From Pseudomonadota bacterium (GTDB lineage: Bacteria; Bdellovibrionota_G; JALEGL01; DATDPG01), in contig JAZDDX010000039.1 in NCBI GenBank assembly GCA_043809315.1, forward strand, positions 43,918 to 107,917: a stretch of DNA of 64,000 bases, given 5' to 3'. A program made the translations under genes and the position numbers. Within the stretch, counting starts at the first letter, position 1, and the number at the start of each line of letters is the position of its first letter. Positions 1 to 8,229 of this stretch are shown in pieces. Below the pieces are notes generated by a model, which was not told the origin of the DNA, searched no databases, and worked only from the letters and a program-made list of their open reading frames with translations.

Positions 1-1231
1 CCAGAATCTTCATCGAAACCCGGGCGAAATAGGTCCGGACATCCTCTGACTCGTTTCCCGTGAAGAGGTTATAGCGATAGAGGTAGAACGCCGTTCCCCC
101 CGACAGCCGCATCCGCCGTTGCCAGACCTCCTGGTCCGCCGCGAACGATGCGCTGAACAGGTTGTTCTTGAACGTGCTGTCGGTCCCGTGAAAGTAATCG
201 CCGGTAGCCGAAAGACTCATCCCTTCCAGCGGAAACCCGGCCGTCGAGACCGTTACGAAACCGCGCTGGTATCCGTGGTTGAATGCGCTCCCGATCTGCG
301 TGTCCCGCAGGAAGCGTCCCATATACCCGAGGTCGACGAAGAAGTGTTCTCCGAACCCTTTCGTGACCGTCGTCATCACCTCAAAAAACGGCTCGTACGA
401 GCCGATGAATCCGTAAGCGTCGAAATCGATCGCCCGGATCCCTTGCGGCTTGAGGAGTGTGTAGAAGCGGTTCTCGATCGTCAGCTTCTGATCCGGAACA
501 AGCATCCGGACCTCCGTACGGAGATCCCGAACCTGGTCCGAAAATGCCGTGAATCTCGTGCTGACCATTACGTTCGGGTCGAGATCGAACCAGAGGCTGG
601 TGCCGAAGAGCGTGTCTTCCTGATCGCCGAAGTTCGCGCGAAACCCGGATCCCTTATCCCGCAGATGAACCATGTCGAAACGGAACCGCGCCCAAGGTGC
701 CGGATCGAACTGCAGCGCTCCGCCCGCCATCCAATCCCCGGTCTGATGACCGAGGCGGTTTTCAAACAGGTGGACCGGGATCCCGCCGAACGCGGTCACT
801 GAAAGCCCCGCCGCGCTTCCCGTCTGGAGGGTCGCCCCGTCGTAATGAAGCGATTCGAATTCGTACCGGTACTGTCGGCCGGCCCGGAACTTCTCGAACG
901 GGCCCGCTTCCTTCACGTCGACGTACGCGTGGTAGATCCGTTCGACCGCCGCCGAGTTGAACCCGCCGTAGACGTCGGCGAACGGCCCGGTGTTCTTCCG
1001 GCCGTCCACGTTGAAGACCCCCCCCACCTGAACCGATCCGGTCACCCGATCCGAAAAAGCGTCCCCGAACTCGGCCGAACCGACCGTTTCAATATCCTGG
1101 TCGCTGACCCCCTCCGCCGTCCGGAAGCGGTACCGCGTCGACAGGGATCCGTGGGTCGTATAGGCGAAAACCGGGGTAGCGGCGCATGCCAGAGCGAGGA
1201 AAAACCCAAATAGTTTCGGAAGAAATCCCAC
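1..1231 (-). CDS. Outer-membrane beta-barrel protein, 3' end runs off the window (not in ORF track)
   Basis: Manual translation from GTG at 1231 gives ~410 open codons to the window edge. It starts with a signal peptide (VGFLPKLFGFFLALACAATPVFA), then alternating aromatic/hydrophobic strands (GSLSTRYRFRT, IYHAYVDV, FRAGRQY, HYDGATL, FFVDLGY, RLSGGTAFYLYRY, VRTYFARVSM). Confidence 0.75.
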   Translation of the reverse strand, partial: MGFLPKLFGFFLALACAATPVFAYTTHGSLSTRYRFRTAEGVSDQDIETVGSAEFGDAFSDRVTGSVQVGGVFNVDGRKNTGPFADVYGGFNSAAVERIYHAYVDVKEAGPFEKFRAGRQYRYEFESLHYDGATLQTGSAAGLSVTAFGGIPVHLFENRLGHQTGDWMAGGALQFDPAPWARFRFDMVHLRDKGSGFRANFGDQEDTLFGTSLWFDLDPNVMVSTRFTAFSDQVRDLRTEVRMLVPDQKLTIENRFYTLLKPQGIRAIDFDAYGFIGSYEPFFEVMTTVTKGFGEHFFVDLGYMGRFLRDTQIGSAFNHGYQRGFVTVSTAGFPLEGMSLSATGDYFHGTDSTFKNNLFSASFAADQEVWQRRMRLSGGTAFYLYRYNLFTGNESEDVRTYFARVSMKIL

Positions 1232-1280
1232 GAAGAAGAGAAAAGGATAAGAACGGCCCATCTATGTCATATGATTTAGA

Positions 1281-3368
1281 TCACCTTCCTGAGACCAGGT
1301 CGATTTCTTTCGCACCGTATCCGGACCACTTCAGTTGCTGCCGCAAGAAGCTCTCGGAATCGACGAGCCGGACATCGACCGGGCGTCCCCCCTGCTCGAT
1401 CAACTGCAGCTCAGGATAGACGTAGGCGCAGTAGCTCGGAAGCCCGAGCTTCTTTTTCCGATCCCGGATCTCGGTCGCCAGTTTCGAATCGTACGTTGCC
1501 GCCCCGTACCCCTGCGCCAGTTTCCGGATCGCCGGGAGATCCCCTTCGGACTTGATCCGTTGAAGTTCGCGGAGCAGTTCATCCACGGCCTGTCGCATCC
1601 TCGGAATGTTCTCGTCCCGCACGACCCAGAATGTTTTCATATGTCCGCCCACTTCGCGCCGGACCTCCTCGACGACCCCCCATTTCTTCCGGAAAAAGTT
1701 GACCGCGAAGAGACCGCCGACTTGATGCGGCTCCTCCAGATTCGTCGAACCGAGGGGGATCTCCGCCAGGCCAATCAGCTCGGACACGGGATACTGTTTA
1801 TACATTGCTCTCGCGGCCTCGTCCGACCAATCCTTCCGGATCCGGAACGTCTCGGGGTCCCAGGCATGGTGAAGCGCCAGGAGATCGGCCCGTTCCTCCT
1901 CCAGCCAGCTGTAGTAGCCGGGGAGGTAGTGGCTCGGATCCTCCGTCAATTTCGGATTCGCCTGTCCCGAGGCGTGCCCCAGCGTTTCATGGAACCCCAC
2001 CAGGATCTCGATCGCCGCCTGCCGGTGTTTCAGCAGAATCTCCTGATCCTCGGGGATCACGAACTCGCGCACCGCCTTCTCCCCGATGATCTCGTCCCGT
2101 GCTCTCTTGGTGTTCCACAGGAGAACGTTCTTGCTCCCGTATTGCACGCGGAGAGCTTGATCGTTCGGAAGGTTGACCCCGCTGAAGCTGATCGGTCCGG
2201 CCTCCCCCGCCTCGACCAACACCTCGACCATGTTCGCAATCGGCTTCACCCCGCTTCGTTTGTATGCGTCCGAAATCGGGGCGTGCGATTCGTAGTAATC
2301 GGCCTTGGAAGCGACCTCCCGGAGCCAGCCGGAGCTCTCCTCGTCCACGAAGTAGGTCATCCCTTCCCAAGCCCCCTTCTTTTCCCGGGGATCGAGGTAC
2401 TCCTCGATGAATCCGTTGATGATGTCGACCGTCGGCTTGGAATAGGCGAGCCAGGCGATGTTGTATTTCGTGAACAGCTTCGGATCCCCCGTCCGGTAGT
2501 ACTCCGCAAGAAGCCTGAGCGACTTCGCGTTCTCGGGGGTGGCGTACTCCACCGCTTCGTCGAGATGCCCGGCCACCTTCGCAAGATACGGAGCGTAGAT
2601 TCCGGGCGGGATCTTTTTCGACGGGTCACCGGCCCGCGCAACTTGCTCGACGATCTTTTTCCCCTCCCGGGCGAGTCGCGAGTTCAACGGATGAAGATCC
2701 GTGAACCTTTGAAGGTCGGATAAGTGGATCCCACGGTCATAATAGTTGTTGGCGCTCGCGGTGAGAAGATCCTCCCCCGGTTTCGGCGACCGGGAGGTCA
2801 CGAAAGGTTCGAACGCAGGATCGAAGATCGTCCGGCGCAACGAATCGGCATATTCCCGAACCTCCCGCTTCCCCTGCGACTGGAAGACGGCTCCGTTCCG
2901 CTTCGCGCGTTCCATCGCATCTTCGAACTTCCCATAGGTGATCCTTTTCGGCGGCAGAAGCTTGGCGTAGGTGAACTTCCCGTAGATCCCGGTATTGAGA
3001 TACTGCAGCTTGAGATACGTCGCGATTTCCCCGAGCAGTTTCTTGTCGATCCCATCGGAGTGGAGAAGGATCTCCTCGCAGACCTGCCGGATCTCGAGAT
3101 TGCGCCGGTGAAGCTGATCGAAGTGGATATCCCGCCCCGCAACGGCCGCCTGGTACAAATGATAGGCGAGCAGTTTGTCGTTGAGCGACAGACGGTCGAA
3201 CCCCTTAACCGGGAGCCTCAAGATCGCGTACTCCTCCACCGTTTCGAGGGGCGCGGCAGATCCCCCTTTGGCGGGATGGGGCCGAGGCCGGGAGCAGGAA
3301 GCCAGAACGAACGCCATCAAAACGATCCCTGCGAGGGAACAGCCGACCGGTGTGGCATGAATCCTCAT
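1281..3368 (-). CDS. Dipeptidyl peptidase III (peptidase M49), predicted lipoprotein
   Basis: HETLGH (HExxGH) zinc motif, EEERADL second motif, DIINGFIEEYLDP and GVNLPN segments typical of M49; lipobox LASC. Confidence 0.9.
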   Translation of the reverse strand: MRIHATPVGCSLAGIVLMAFVLASCSRPRPHPAKGGSAAPLETVEEYAILRLPVKGFDRLSLNDKLLAYHLYQAAVAGRDIHFDQLHRRNLEIRQVCEEILLHSDGIDKKLLGEIATYLKLQYLNTGIYGKFTYAKLLPPKRITYGKFEDAMERAKRNGAVFQSQGKREVREYADSLRRTIFDPAFEPFVTSRSPKPGEDLLTASANNYYDRGIHLSDLQRFTDLHPLNSRLAREGKKIVEQVARAGDPSKKIPPGIYAPYLAKVAGHLDEAVEYATPENAKSLRLLAEYYRTGDPKLFTKYNIAWLAYSKPTVDIINGFIEEYLDPREKKGAWEGMTYFVDEESSGWLREVASKADYYESHAPISDAYKRSGVKPIANMVEVLVEAGEAGPISFSGVNLPNDQALRVQYGSKNVLLWNTKRARDEIIGEKAVREFVIPEDQEILLKHRQAAIEILVGFHETLGHASGQANPKLTEDPSHYLPGYYSWLEEERADLLALHHAWDPETFRIRKDWSDEAARAMYKQYPVSELIGLAEIPLGSTNLEEPHQVGGLFAVNFFRKKWGVVEEVRREVGGHMKTFWVVRDENIPRMRQAVDELLRELQRIKSEGDLPAIRKLAQGYGAATYDSKLATEIRDRKKKLGLPSYCAYVYPELQLIEQGGRPVDVRLVDSESFLRQQLKWSGYGAKEIDLVSGR

Positions 3369-3380
3369 GGTCCCGTCTTC

Positions 3381-4316
3381 CTATTCCTTCACCGCCACGC
3401 CGAACCGCACGAGCTTCGCCGAGGAGCCGGCCTCGACCGGGAGAAGGAACGTGGCCGCTCCAAGATCCATGGAAAACGCGGTGACCGGACCCTTCCAGTC
3501 GGCCGGAACGGCCGGTATCGCGACCTCCCCTCCCTTGACTGTGACGGCGAAAACGCGCCCGGTCGCCCGGTCTGCGGTCATCAGATGAGAGCGGTACGGT
3601 TCGATCCCGGTCAGGTCGGTCCCCGGAAACGCTTTCAGTAATTCCGTCTGACGGCTTTTGAGGTTCACGATCGCGATCGCGCTCCCCCCCTCGGTATTCC
3701 CGGCTTGTGTCGCCACGAGGTAAAGACGGCGCCCGTCGGACGAAGCGCGCAGATACCGCGGTTCCCCCAATCCGGTTTTCTCGAGCGCTTCGGCGCCGAG
3801 GATCACCTCGACGGTTTTTTTCTTCGGGTCGAGCGACCAGATCTGTTTCGCCGACGGGGAACAGAAATAAGCACGGGCGTTCAGAATCGAATAGTCGATC
3901 GACGTGATCTCCCCGGCCCCGGAGATCGGGATCTCGATCGGAGGGGTGTCCGACTTCTTCGATTTTACGAGACCGAGAAACCCTCCGACTTTCGCGATCT
4001 TCAGGAGATCCTTCTCCGCCCAGAAAAGGCGTCCATGCCGTGCATCGTATGCGATGGCGGTCGGACTACTCGACGCGGGAGAGAGATCCTCCAGCTTCCC
4101 CCCGTGAACACTTGCCAGCATCCAACTTCCACCCTCCACCGGCCGTGCCACCAGATAGGTTCCCGGTGCATCGATCGCCAACCCCGCTGCGGGAGAAAGG
4201 CCGTCTCGAAGAACCTCCACGGCCGGTTCGGTCCGACGAGCCGGCTCCCCCCGCTTTCCCGCGCAACTCGCGGCGAGTCCAATCAATAGATAGACGAGTG
4301 TCTTGTTTTGTCCCAT
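3381..4316 (-). CDS. Hypothetical lipoprotein, probable beta-propeller
   Basis: Lipobox AASC; repeated blade-like motifs (AGLAIDAPGTYLVA, TAIAYDARHGRLFWA, YLRASSDGRRLYLVA). Confidence 0.65.
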   Translation of the reverse strand: MGQNKTLVYLLIGLAASCAGKRGEPARRTEPAVEVLRDGLSPAAGLAIDAPGTYLVARPVEGGSWMLASVHGGKLEDLSPASSSPTAIAYDARHGRLFWAEKDLLKIAKVGGFLGLVKSKKSDTPPIEIPISGAGEITSIDYSILNARAYFCSPSAKQIWSLDPKKKTVEVILGAEALEKTGLGEPRYLRASSDGRRLYLVATQAGNTEGGSAIAIVNLKSRQTELLKAFPGTDLTGIEPYRSHLMTADRATGRVFAVTVKGGEVAIPAVPADWKGPVTAFSMDLGAATFLLPVEAGSSAKLVRFGVAVKE

Positions 4317-4407
4317 GGCGGCGGCAGCTTACCCTTTTTGAACATCCTTGACGAACGGCGAGGTTTCGGAGATTTTCCCTCCGATCAATCACTCGGACGG
4401 AGGCTTC

Positions 4408-5778
4408 ATGTTTAAGAAAATTGCGTTTCTGATCGCCGCTCTTTCCTTCCTCTCCTCGCCGGCCTTCGCGTCCGGATTCAAGGAGGGGACGGTCGAGATC
4501 GGCCCGTACGTCGGGTATGCGTTTCCCGACAGCTACGGCGGGATCGAGCCGAAGAACAATCTCTTGTACGGGGCCCGCGTCGGAATCTGGTTCACGCCGG
4601 AGATGAGCTTCGAATCGTCGTTCCAGATGTTGTTCACGAAAGCAAATCCGGGAGACGTCAGTTTCCGGATCTACTCCACCCGCTTCAACCTCCTCTTTAA
4701 CTTCCTTCCGGAAGGCCCGTGGGTTCCGTTCCTGACAGGCGGCGTTGGATTGGAGCGCTCCCGGTACACGTCGATTTCGACCTCGAACGATCTCGGGATC
4801 AACGCGGGAGCGGGCCTCCGTTACCTTGCGTCCGAACGGATCGCGATCCGCCTCGACGGTCGCGTCATCTATTCCGACGTCGGAAGCGGCGTTGCGCTAC
4901 GCCAGTACAATTACGAAGGGGCGCTTGGCGTCTCGTATCTCTTTGGAGTCGCACCTGCGAAGGATGGCGACGGCGACGGCGTTCCGGACAAACTCGATCA
5001 ATGCGCCAACACCCTCAAGGGGGCCACGGTGGATGCCAAGGGTTGCCCGAGTGATGCGGACGGCGACGGCATCTTCGACGGAATCGACAAATGTGCCGAC
5101 ACCGCGAAGGGGGCCAAAGTCGATGAGACCGGATGCCCGGTCGATGCGGACGGCGACGGCGTCGCCGACGGGATCGATCAGTGCCCCGACACGGCGAAGG
5201 GGGTCGCGGTCGATGAAAAAGGCTGCCCGATGGACAAGGACGGCGACGGCGTCGCCGACGCCCTCGACAAATGTCCGGAAACTCCCAAGGGGGTTGCGGT
5301 CGATGCGACCGGCTGTCCGGTCGACACGGACGGCGATGGCGTTGCCGATCATCTGGACAAATGTCCCGGCACTCCGGCGGGGCTGACCGTTGACGCCACC
5401 GGGTGTCCTGCCAAAGCCGGCAAGGCCCGCGGAATCCTGAAAGGGGTTACGTTCATGTTCAACAAAGCCGACCTGAAGCCGGCGTCGTTCAAAGTGCTCG
5501 ACGAGACGGCAGCCGCGTTGAAGGAGGTTCCGGAGGTCCGGGTGGAGGTTCAGGGACACACCGACAACACCGGCCCGTCGGCTGCGAACTTAAGCCTCTC
5601 GGAGGCCCGGGCGAAAACGGTCATGAACTACCTCGTCTCGAAAGGGATCGACCCGAAACGCCTGCAGGCCAAGGGATACGGCGGAACGAAGCCGATCGCC
5701 GATAACGCGACGAAGGCCGACCGTGCCAAGAACCGGCGCGTGGAGCTGAACTGGCTCGACACGCCGAAGGCGCAGTAG
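4408..5778 (+). CDS. OmpA/OprF-family outer-membrane protein (beta-barrel, TSP3-like repeats, peptidoglycan-binding C-domain)
   Basis: GGAGG RBS before ATG 4408, signal peptide, N-terminal barrel, DxDGDGxxD repeats, C-terminal VQGHTD...NLSLSEARA...NRRVE motifs. Confidence 0.92.
   Translation: MFKKIAFLIAALSFLSSPAFASGFKEGTVEIGPYVGYAFPDSYGGIEPKNNLLYGARVGIWFTPEMSFESSFQMLFTKANPGDVSFRIYSTRFNLLFNFLPEGPWVPFLTGGVGLERSRYTSISTSNDLGINAGAGLRYLASERIAIRLDGRVIYSDVGSGVALRQYNYEGALGVSYLFGVAPAKDGDGDGVPDKLDQCANTLKGATVDAKGCPSDADGDGIFDGIDKCADTAKGAKVDETGCPVDADGDGVADGIDQCPDTAKGVAVDEKGCPMDKDGDGVADALDKCPETPKGVAVDATGCPVDTDGDGVADHLDKCPGTPAGLTVDATGCPAKAGKARGILKGVTFMFNKADLKPASFKVLDETAAALKEVPEVRVEVQGHTDNTGPSAANLSLSEARAKTVMNYLVSKGIDPKRLQAKGYGGTKPIADNATKADRAKNRRVELNWLDTPKAQ
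4960..5409 (+). repeat. Five tandem 90-bp (30-aa) coding repeats, xDxDGDGVxDxxDxCxxTxxGxxVDxxGCP
   Basis: Counted directly in the translation; 450 bp = 5 x 90 bp. Confidence 0.9.
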
Positions 5779-5784
5779 CCGCGG

Positions 5785-6474
5785 TTATTTCTTCTTGAAC
5801 AGGCCTTTGAGGCCGGCCCCGACTTTGCCGGCCTCGTGGGAGACCGCTTTCCCGGCGCCGGCGATTCCGGCCGTGACTCCCCCCATCAAGCTGTCCAGGA
5901 CGGCGCCAACCGCCTTGTCCGGGGCGACCCCTCCCTGCGCCCGACCGATGTTCGTCAAGTGAATGTCGGAAAGAGAAACGGTCTTCATCCCCCCCAGGAT
6001 CTCGACGTTCGCTTTGGCATCCTTGATCCAGAGATCGTCGATGATCAGTTTTTTCGGTTTCGACGCTTTCTTCGACTCCGCGTCGGCAGGAACGAAGCTT
6101 TGAACGTTCTTCTGGATGACGTTCAGGTTGTTCCCCTCTTTCGTGATCTCCGCCCCCTCGATCGAGACGCTTCGAATCTGGATCACATCGCTCGCAAGCG
6201 AGGTCGGGGAAACCCGGACACGAAAGTCCTTAAGCTTCACCGCCAGAGGCGCCTTGAAACCGGCCGGGTTCCCGATCTCGAACCCCCGGATCCGGCATCG
6301 GCCGGTGATCGGGGAGAGGGTGACGGAGCTGACCGTCATCGTGGTCTTCGTAAGCATCGGGCCGACGTTCCGGATCCCCGCCGCGACGATCGACCCGAGG
6401 AACAGGTACGAAGAAAGCAAGAGGAGAAGAAGAACTCCGCCGATCGAGAATAAAGCGATTTTGATCCAACGCAT
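5785..6474 (-). CDS. AsmA-like membrane-anchored protein
   Basis: Start reassigned to MRWIKIALF (GGAGGG RBS); N-terminal TM anchor, then IGNPAGF and beta-strand-rich segments typical of short AsmA-like proteins. Confidence 0.65.
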   Translation of the reverse strand: MRWIKIALFSIGGVLLLLLLSSYLFLGSIVAAGIRNVGPMLTKTTMTVSSVTLSPITGRCRIRGFEIGNPAGFKAPLAVKLKDFRVRVSPTSLASDVIQIRSVSIEGAEITKEGNNLNVIQKNVQSFVPADAESKKASKPKKLIIDDLWIKDAKANVEILGGMKTVSLSDIHLTNIGRAQGGVAPDKAVGAVLDSLMGGVTAGIAGAGKAVSHEAGKVGAGLKGLFKKK

Positions 6475-6487
6475 ATACCCTCCGGGC

Positions 6488-6516
6488 TTGACGATTGATG
6501 ACAGCGGTTTTATACG
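6488..6516 (+). promoter_or_regulatory. Sigma-70-type promoter for the ferredoxin gene (probably leaderless)
   Basis: TTGACG-N17-TATACG, ending 6 nt before ATG 6523; no SD sequence. Confidence 0.55.
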
Positions 6517-6522
6517 ATCCGC

Positions 6523-6858
6523 ATGGCTTACGTTGTTGCTGATCCTTGTGTGAAATGCAAATACACCGATTGCGTCGAGGTCTGCCCCGTCAACTGCTTC
6601 TACGAGGGGATGAACACCCTCGTGATCCACCCCGACGAGTGCATCGACTGCGGAGCCTGCGAGCCGGTCTGCCCGACCCAGGCGATCTTCACCGCCGACG
6701 AGTGCCCGGACAAGTGGAAGGAGTACATCGCCCTCAACGCCGAGTACGCCAAGAAATGGCCGGTGATCTCGCTCAAGAAAGAGGCGATGGCGGACGCGGA
6801 AAAATGGAAGACGGTCGAGAACAAGCGGAAAGATTTCGACCCGAATCCGTTCAAGTAG
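6523..6858 (+). CDS. fdxA: 7Fe ferredoxin (FdxA type)
   Basis: [18 protein letters not shown] and [12 protein letters not shown] motifs, plus C-terminal [10 protein letters not shown] extension. Confidence 0.92.
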   Translation: MAYVVADPCVKCKYTDCVEVCPVNCFYEGMNTLVIHPDECIDCGACEPVCPTQAIFTADECPDKWKEYIALNAEYAKKWPVISLKKEAMADAEKWKTVENKRKDFDPNPFK

Positions 6859-6862
6859 ACCC

Positions 6863-7192
6863 GTGACCGGCGCTCCGGTCCGCCTCTCGATCAGAGTCGT
6901 CCCCCGCGCCTCGAAAAACGAGATCGTCGGGGTTCAGGATGGGGTCTGGAAAATCCGCCTCACGGCCCCCCCGGTCGATAATGCCGCGAACGAAGTCTTG
7001 GTAAAATTCCTGGCTCAGATTCTCGATCTCCCGAAACGGTCGGTCTCGATCGTCTCCGGAGACCGCGGCAGGAGCAAGGTTATCGAAATATCAGGACGTT
7101 CCGAACTGGAGATTACGGAGAAATTCTCTTCGAGCTACCACGGACCTGGGCGATCCAAACGAACCGTCCTCGATCGCTCAAGAACGCCGTGA
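6863..7192 (+). CDS. yggU: DUF167/YggU family protein
   Basis: IRVVPRASK...APPVDNAAN...IVSGDRGRSK signature. Confidence 0.85.
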   Translation: MTGAPVRLSIRVVPRASKNEIVGVQDGVWKIRLTAPPVDNAANEVLVKFLAQILDLPKRSVSIVSGDRGRSKVIEISGRSELEITEKFSSSYHGPGRSKRTVLDRSRTP

Positions 7193-7508
7193 GCAACCAG
7201 CTCACGATGCTCACCAGAATCGACCCCCAGAGCGCGGCCCAGAATCCGTGAATGGCAAACCCTTGGACGAGATAGGAGGTCAGCAGCAGGCAGAACGCGT
7301 TGAGAGCGAACAAGAACAAGCCCAACGTGAGCATGGTGAGAGGAAAAGTCAAGAAGAGGAGGATCGGCCGCACGACCGCGTTGACCAGGCCGAGAACCAA
7401 TCCGGCCCCCAGCGCGGCGAAGACTCCGCTGATCTCGATGCCGGGTACGATCTTGCTGACAAAGAGAATCGCCGCGCCGTTCAGAAGGATGCGAACCACG
7501 AACCCCAT
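7113..7508 (-). CDS. YvlD-like 4-TM membrane protein ('phage holin family' superfamily IV)
   Basis: LGLVNAVVRPILLFLTFPLTMLTLGLFLFALNA and GFWAALWGS motifs. Confidence 0.85.
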   Translation of the reverse strand: MGFVVRILLNGAAILFVSKIVPGIEISGVFAALGAGLVLGLVNAVVRPILLFLTFPLTMLTLGLFLFALNAFCLLLTSYLVQGFAIHGFWAALWGSILVSIVSWLLTAFLSDRGRFVWIAQVRGSSKRISP

Positions 7509-7510
7509 AC

Positions 7511-7855
7511 CTAGCCGCGCCCCTCGAAGTGAAACCGGTGCAGAAGCCGGTGAACAAACGGCGCGACGAGAAGTGCGGCCGTCGTTAGAAAAACCACGCC
7601 GCTGAAGAGCGCATAGAACGAGGCGAAAAGCTTCGCGGTGACTCCTACCATCGGGGAGATCGGACCCATGCCGGTCAAGATCATCGACGCATTCTCCAGG
7701 GAATCGATCCAGGGAAGGTCTCCCAGCCAGTGGTATCCGGCCATCCCGATCCCGAGCGATGCTGCGATCACGCCCGCGGCCATTCCACCGTGGTGGAGGA
7801 GGCGCAGCGCAAACTTCCCCCGGTCGAGGACCGGGGCACGTCGGTGTTCGTACAT
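7511..7855 (-). CDS. Small two-TM membrane protein resembling an isolated K+-channel pore domain
   Basis: TM1 - GYHWL - WIDSLENASMILTGMGP - AKLFASFYALFSG - TM2, alignable by eye to the channel at 18055. Confidence 0.7.
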   Translation of the reverse strand: MYEHRRAPVLDRGKFALRLLHHGGMAAGVIAASLGIGMAGYHWLGDLPWIDSLENASMILTGMGPISPMVGVTAKLFASFYALFSGVVFLTTAALLVAPFVHRLLHRFHFEGRG

Positions 7856-8210
7856 CAGCCGCGCTTCCCGCGAGTGGCCTTACGCGCGGAACGCTCAGTG
7901 AGCCAGCTCTGGCATGAATCGCTGACTTTCTTCCCCGCTGCGTTTTCGAGATGGGTCTTCAGGCAGTCAATCTTGCGCCCGTGCCCCGCGACAACGTCGT
8001 TACAGAGGGTTTTCACGTCGGACTTGCAGGCGGCCCAGAACGATTCGGCCACCTGTTTCGCCTTCCGCCCTTCCGAAATACACTCCTGCGACAGGTTGGC
8101 GCGGTTTTTCTTCAGATCCGAGCAGGGGCCCGGATCCCTTAAAGGTCGAGCGGAAGCCACGGGAAGCGCCCCGAGAAGCGAAAAACCGTTGCGGCAATCA
8201 TCAATCTCAT
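7855..8210 (-). pseudogene. Secreted cysteine-rich repeat protein, apparently frameshifted in its signal peptide
   Basis: AGGAG RBS and ATG at 8210 (MRLMIAATVF). Adding one base in the A5 run at 8181-8185 joins it to SLLGALPVASA and ORF 7855..8160, which has a CKSDVKTLC...CL...VSDSC Cys-rich repeat. Confidence 0.6.
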
Positions 8211-8229
8211 CGTTTCTCCTTTTCTCCGA

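Noticed and set aside
119-1213. Plus-strand ORFs 119..802 and 845..1213
   Set aside because: They are antisense shadows of the minus-strand beta-barrel gene.
4960-5409. Tandem repeats as a CRISPR array or VNTR
   Set aside because: They are degenerate in-frame 90-bp coding repeats inside OmpA, with no spacer structure and no cas genes.
7113-7508. 'Phage holin' as evidence of a prophage
   Set aside because: YvlD-like proteins are common chromosomal genes; no endolysin, integrase or structural phage genes are nearby.
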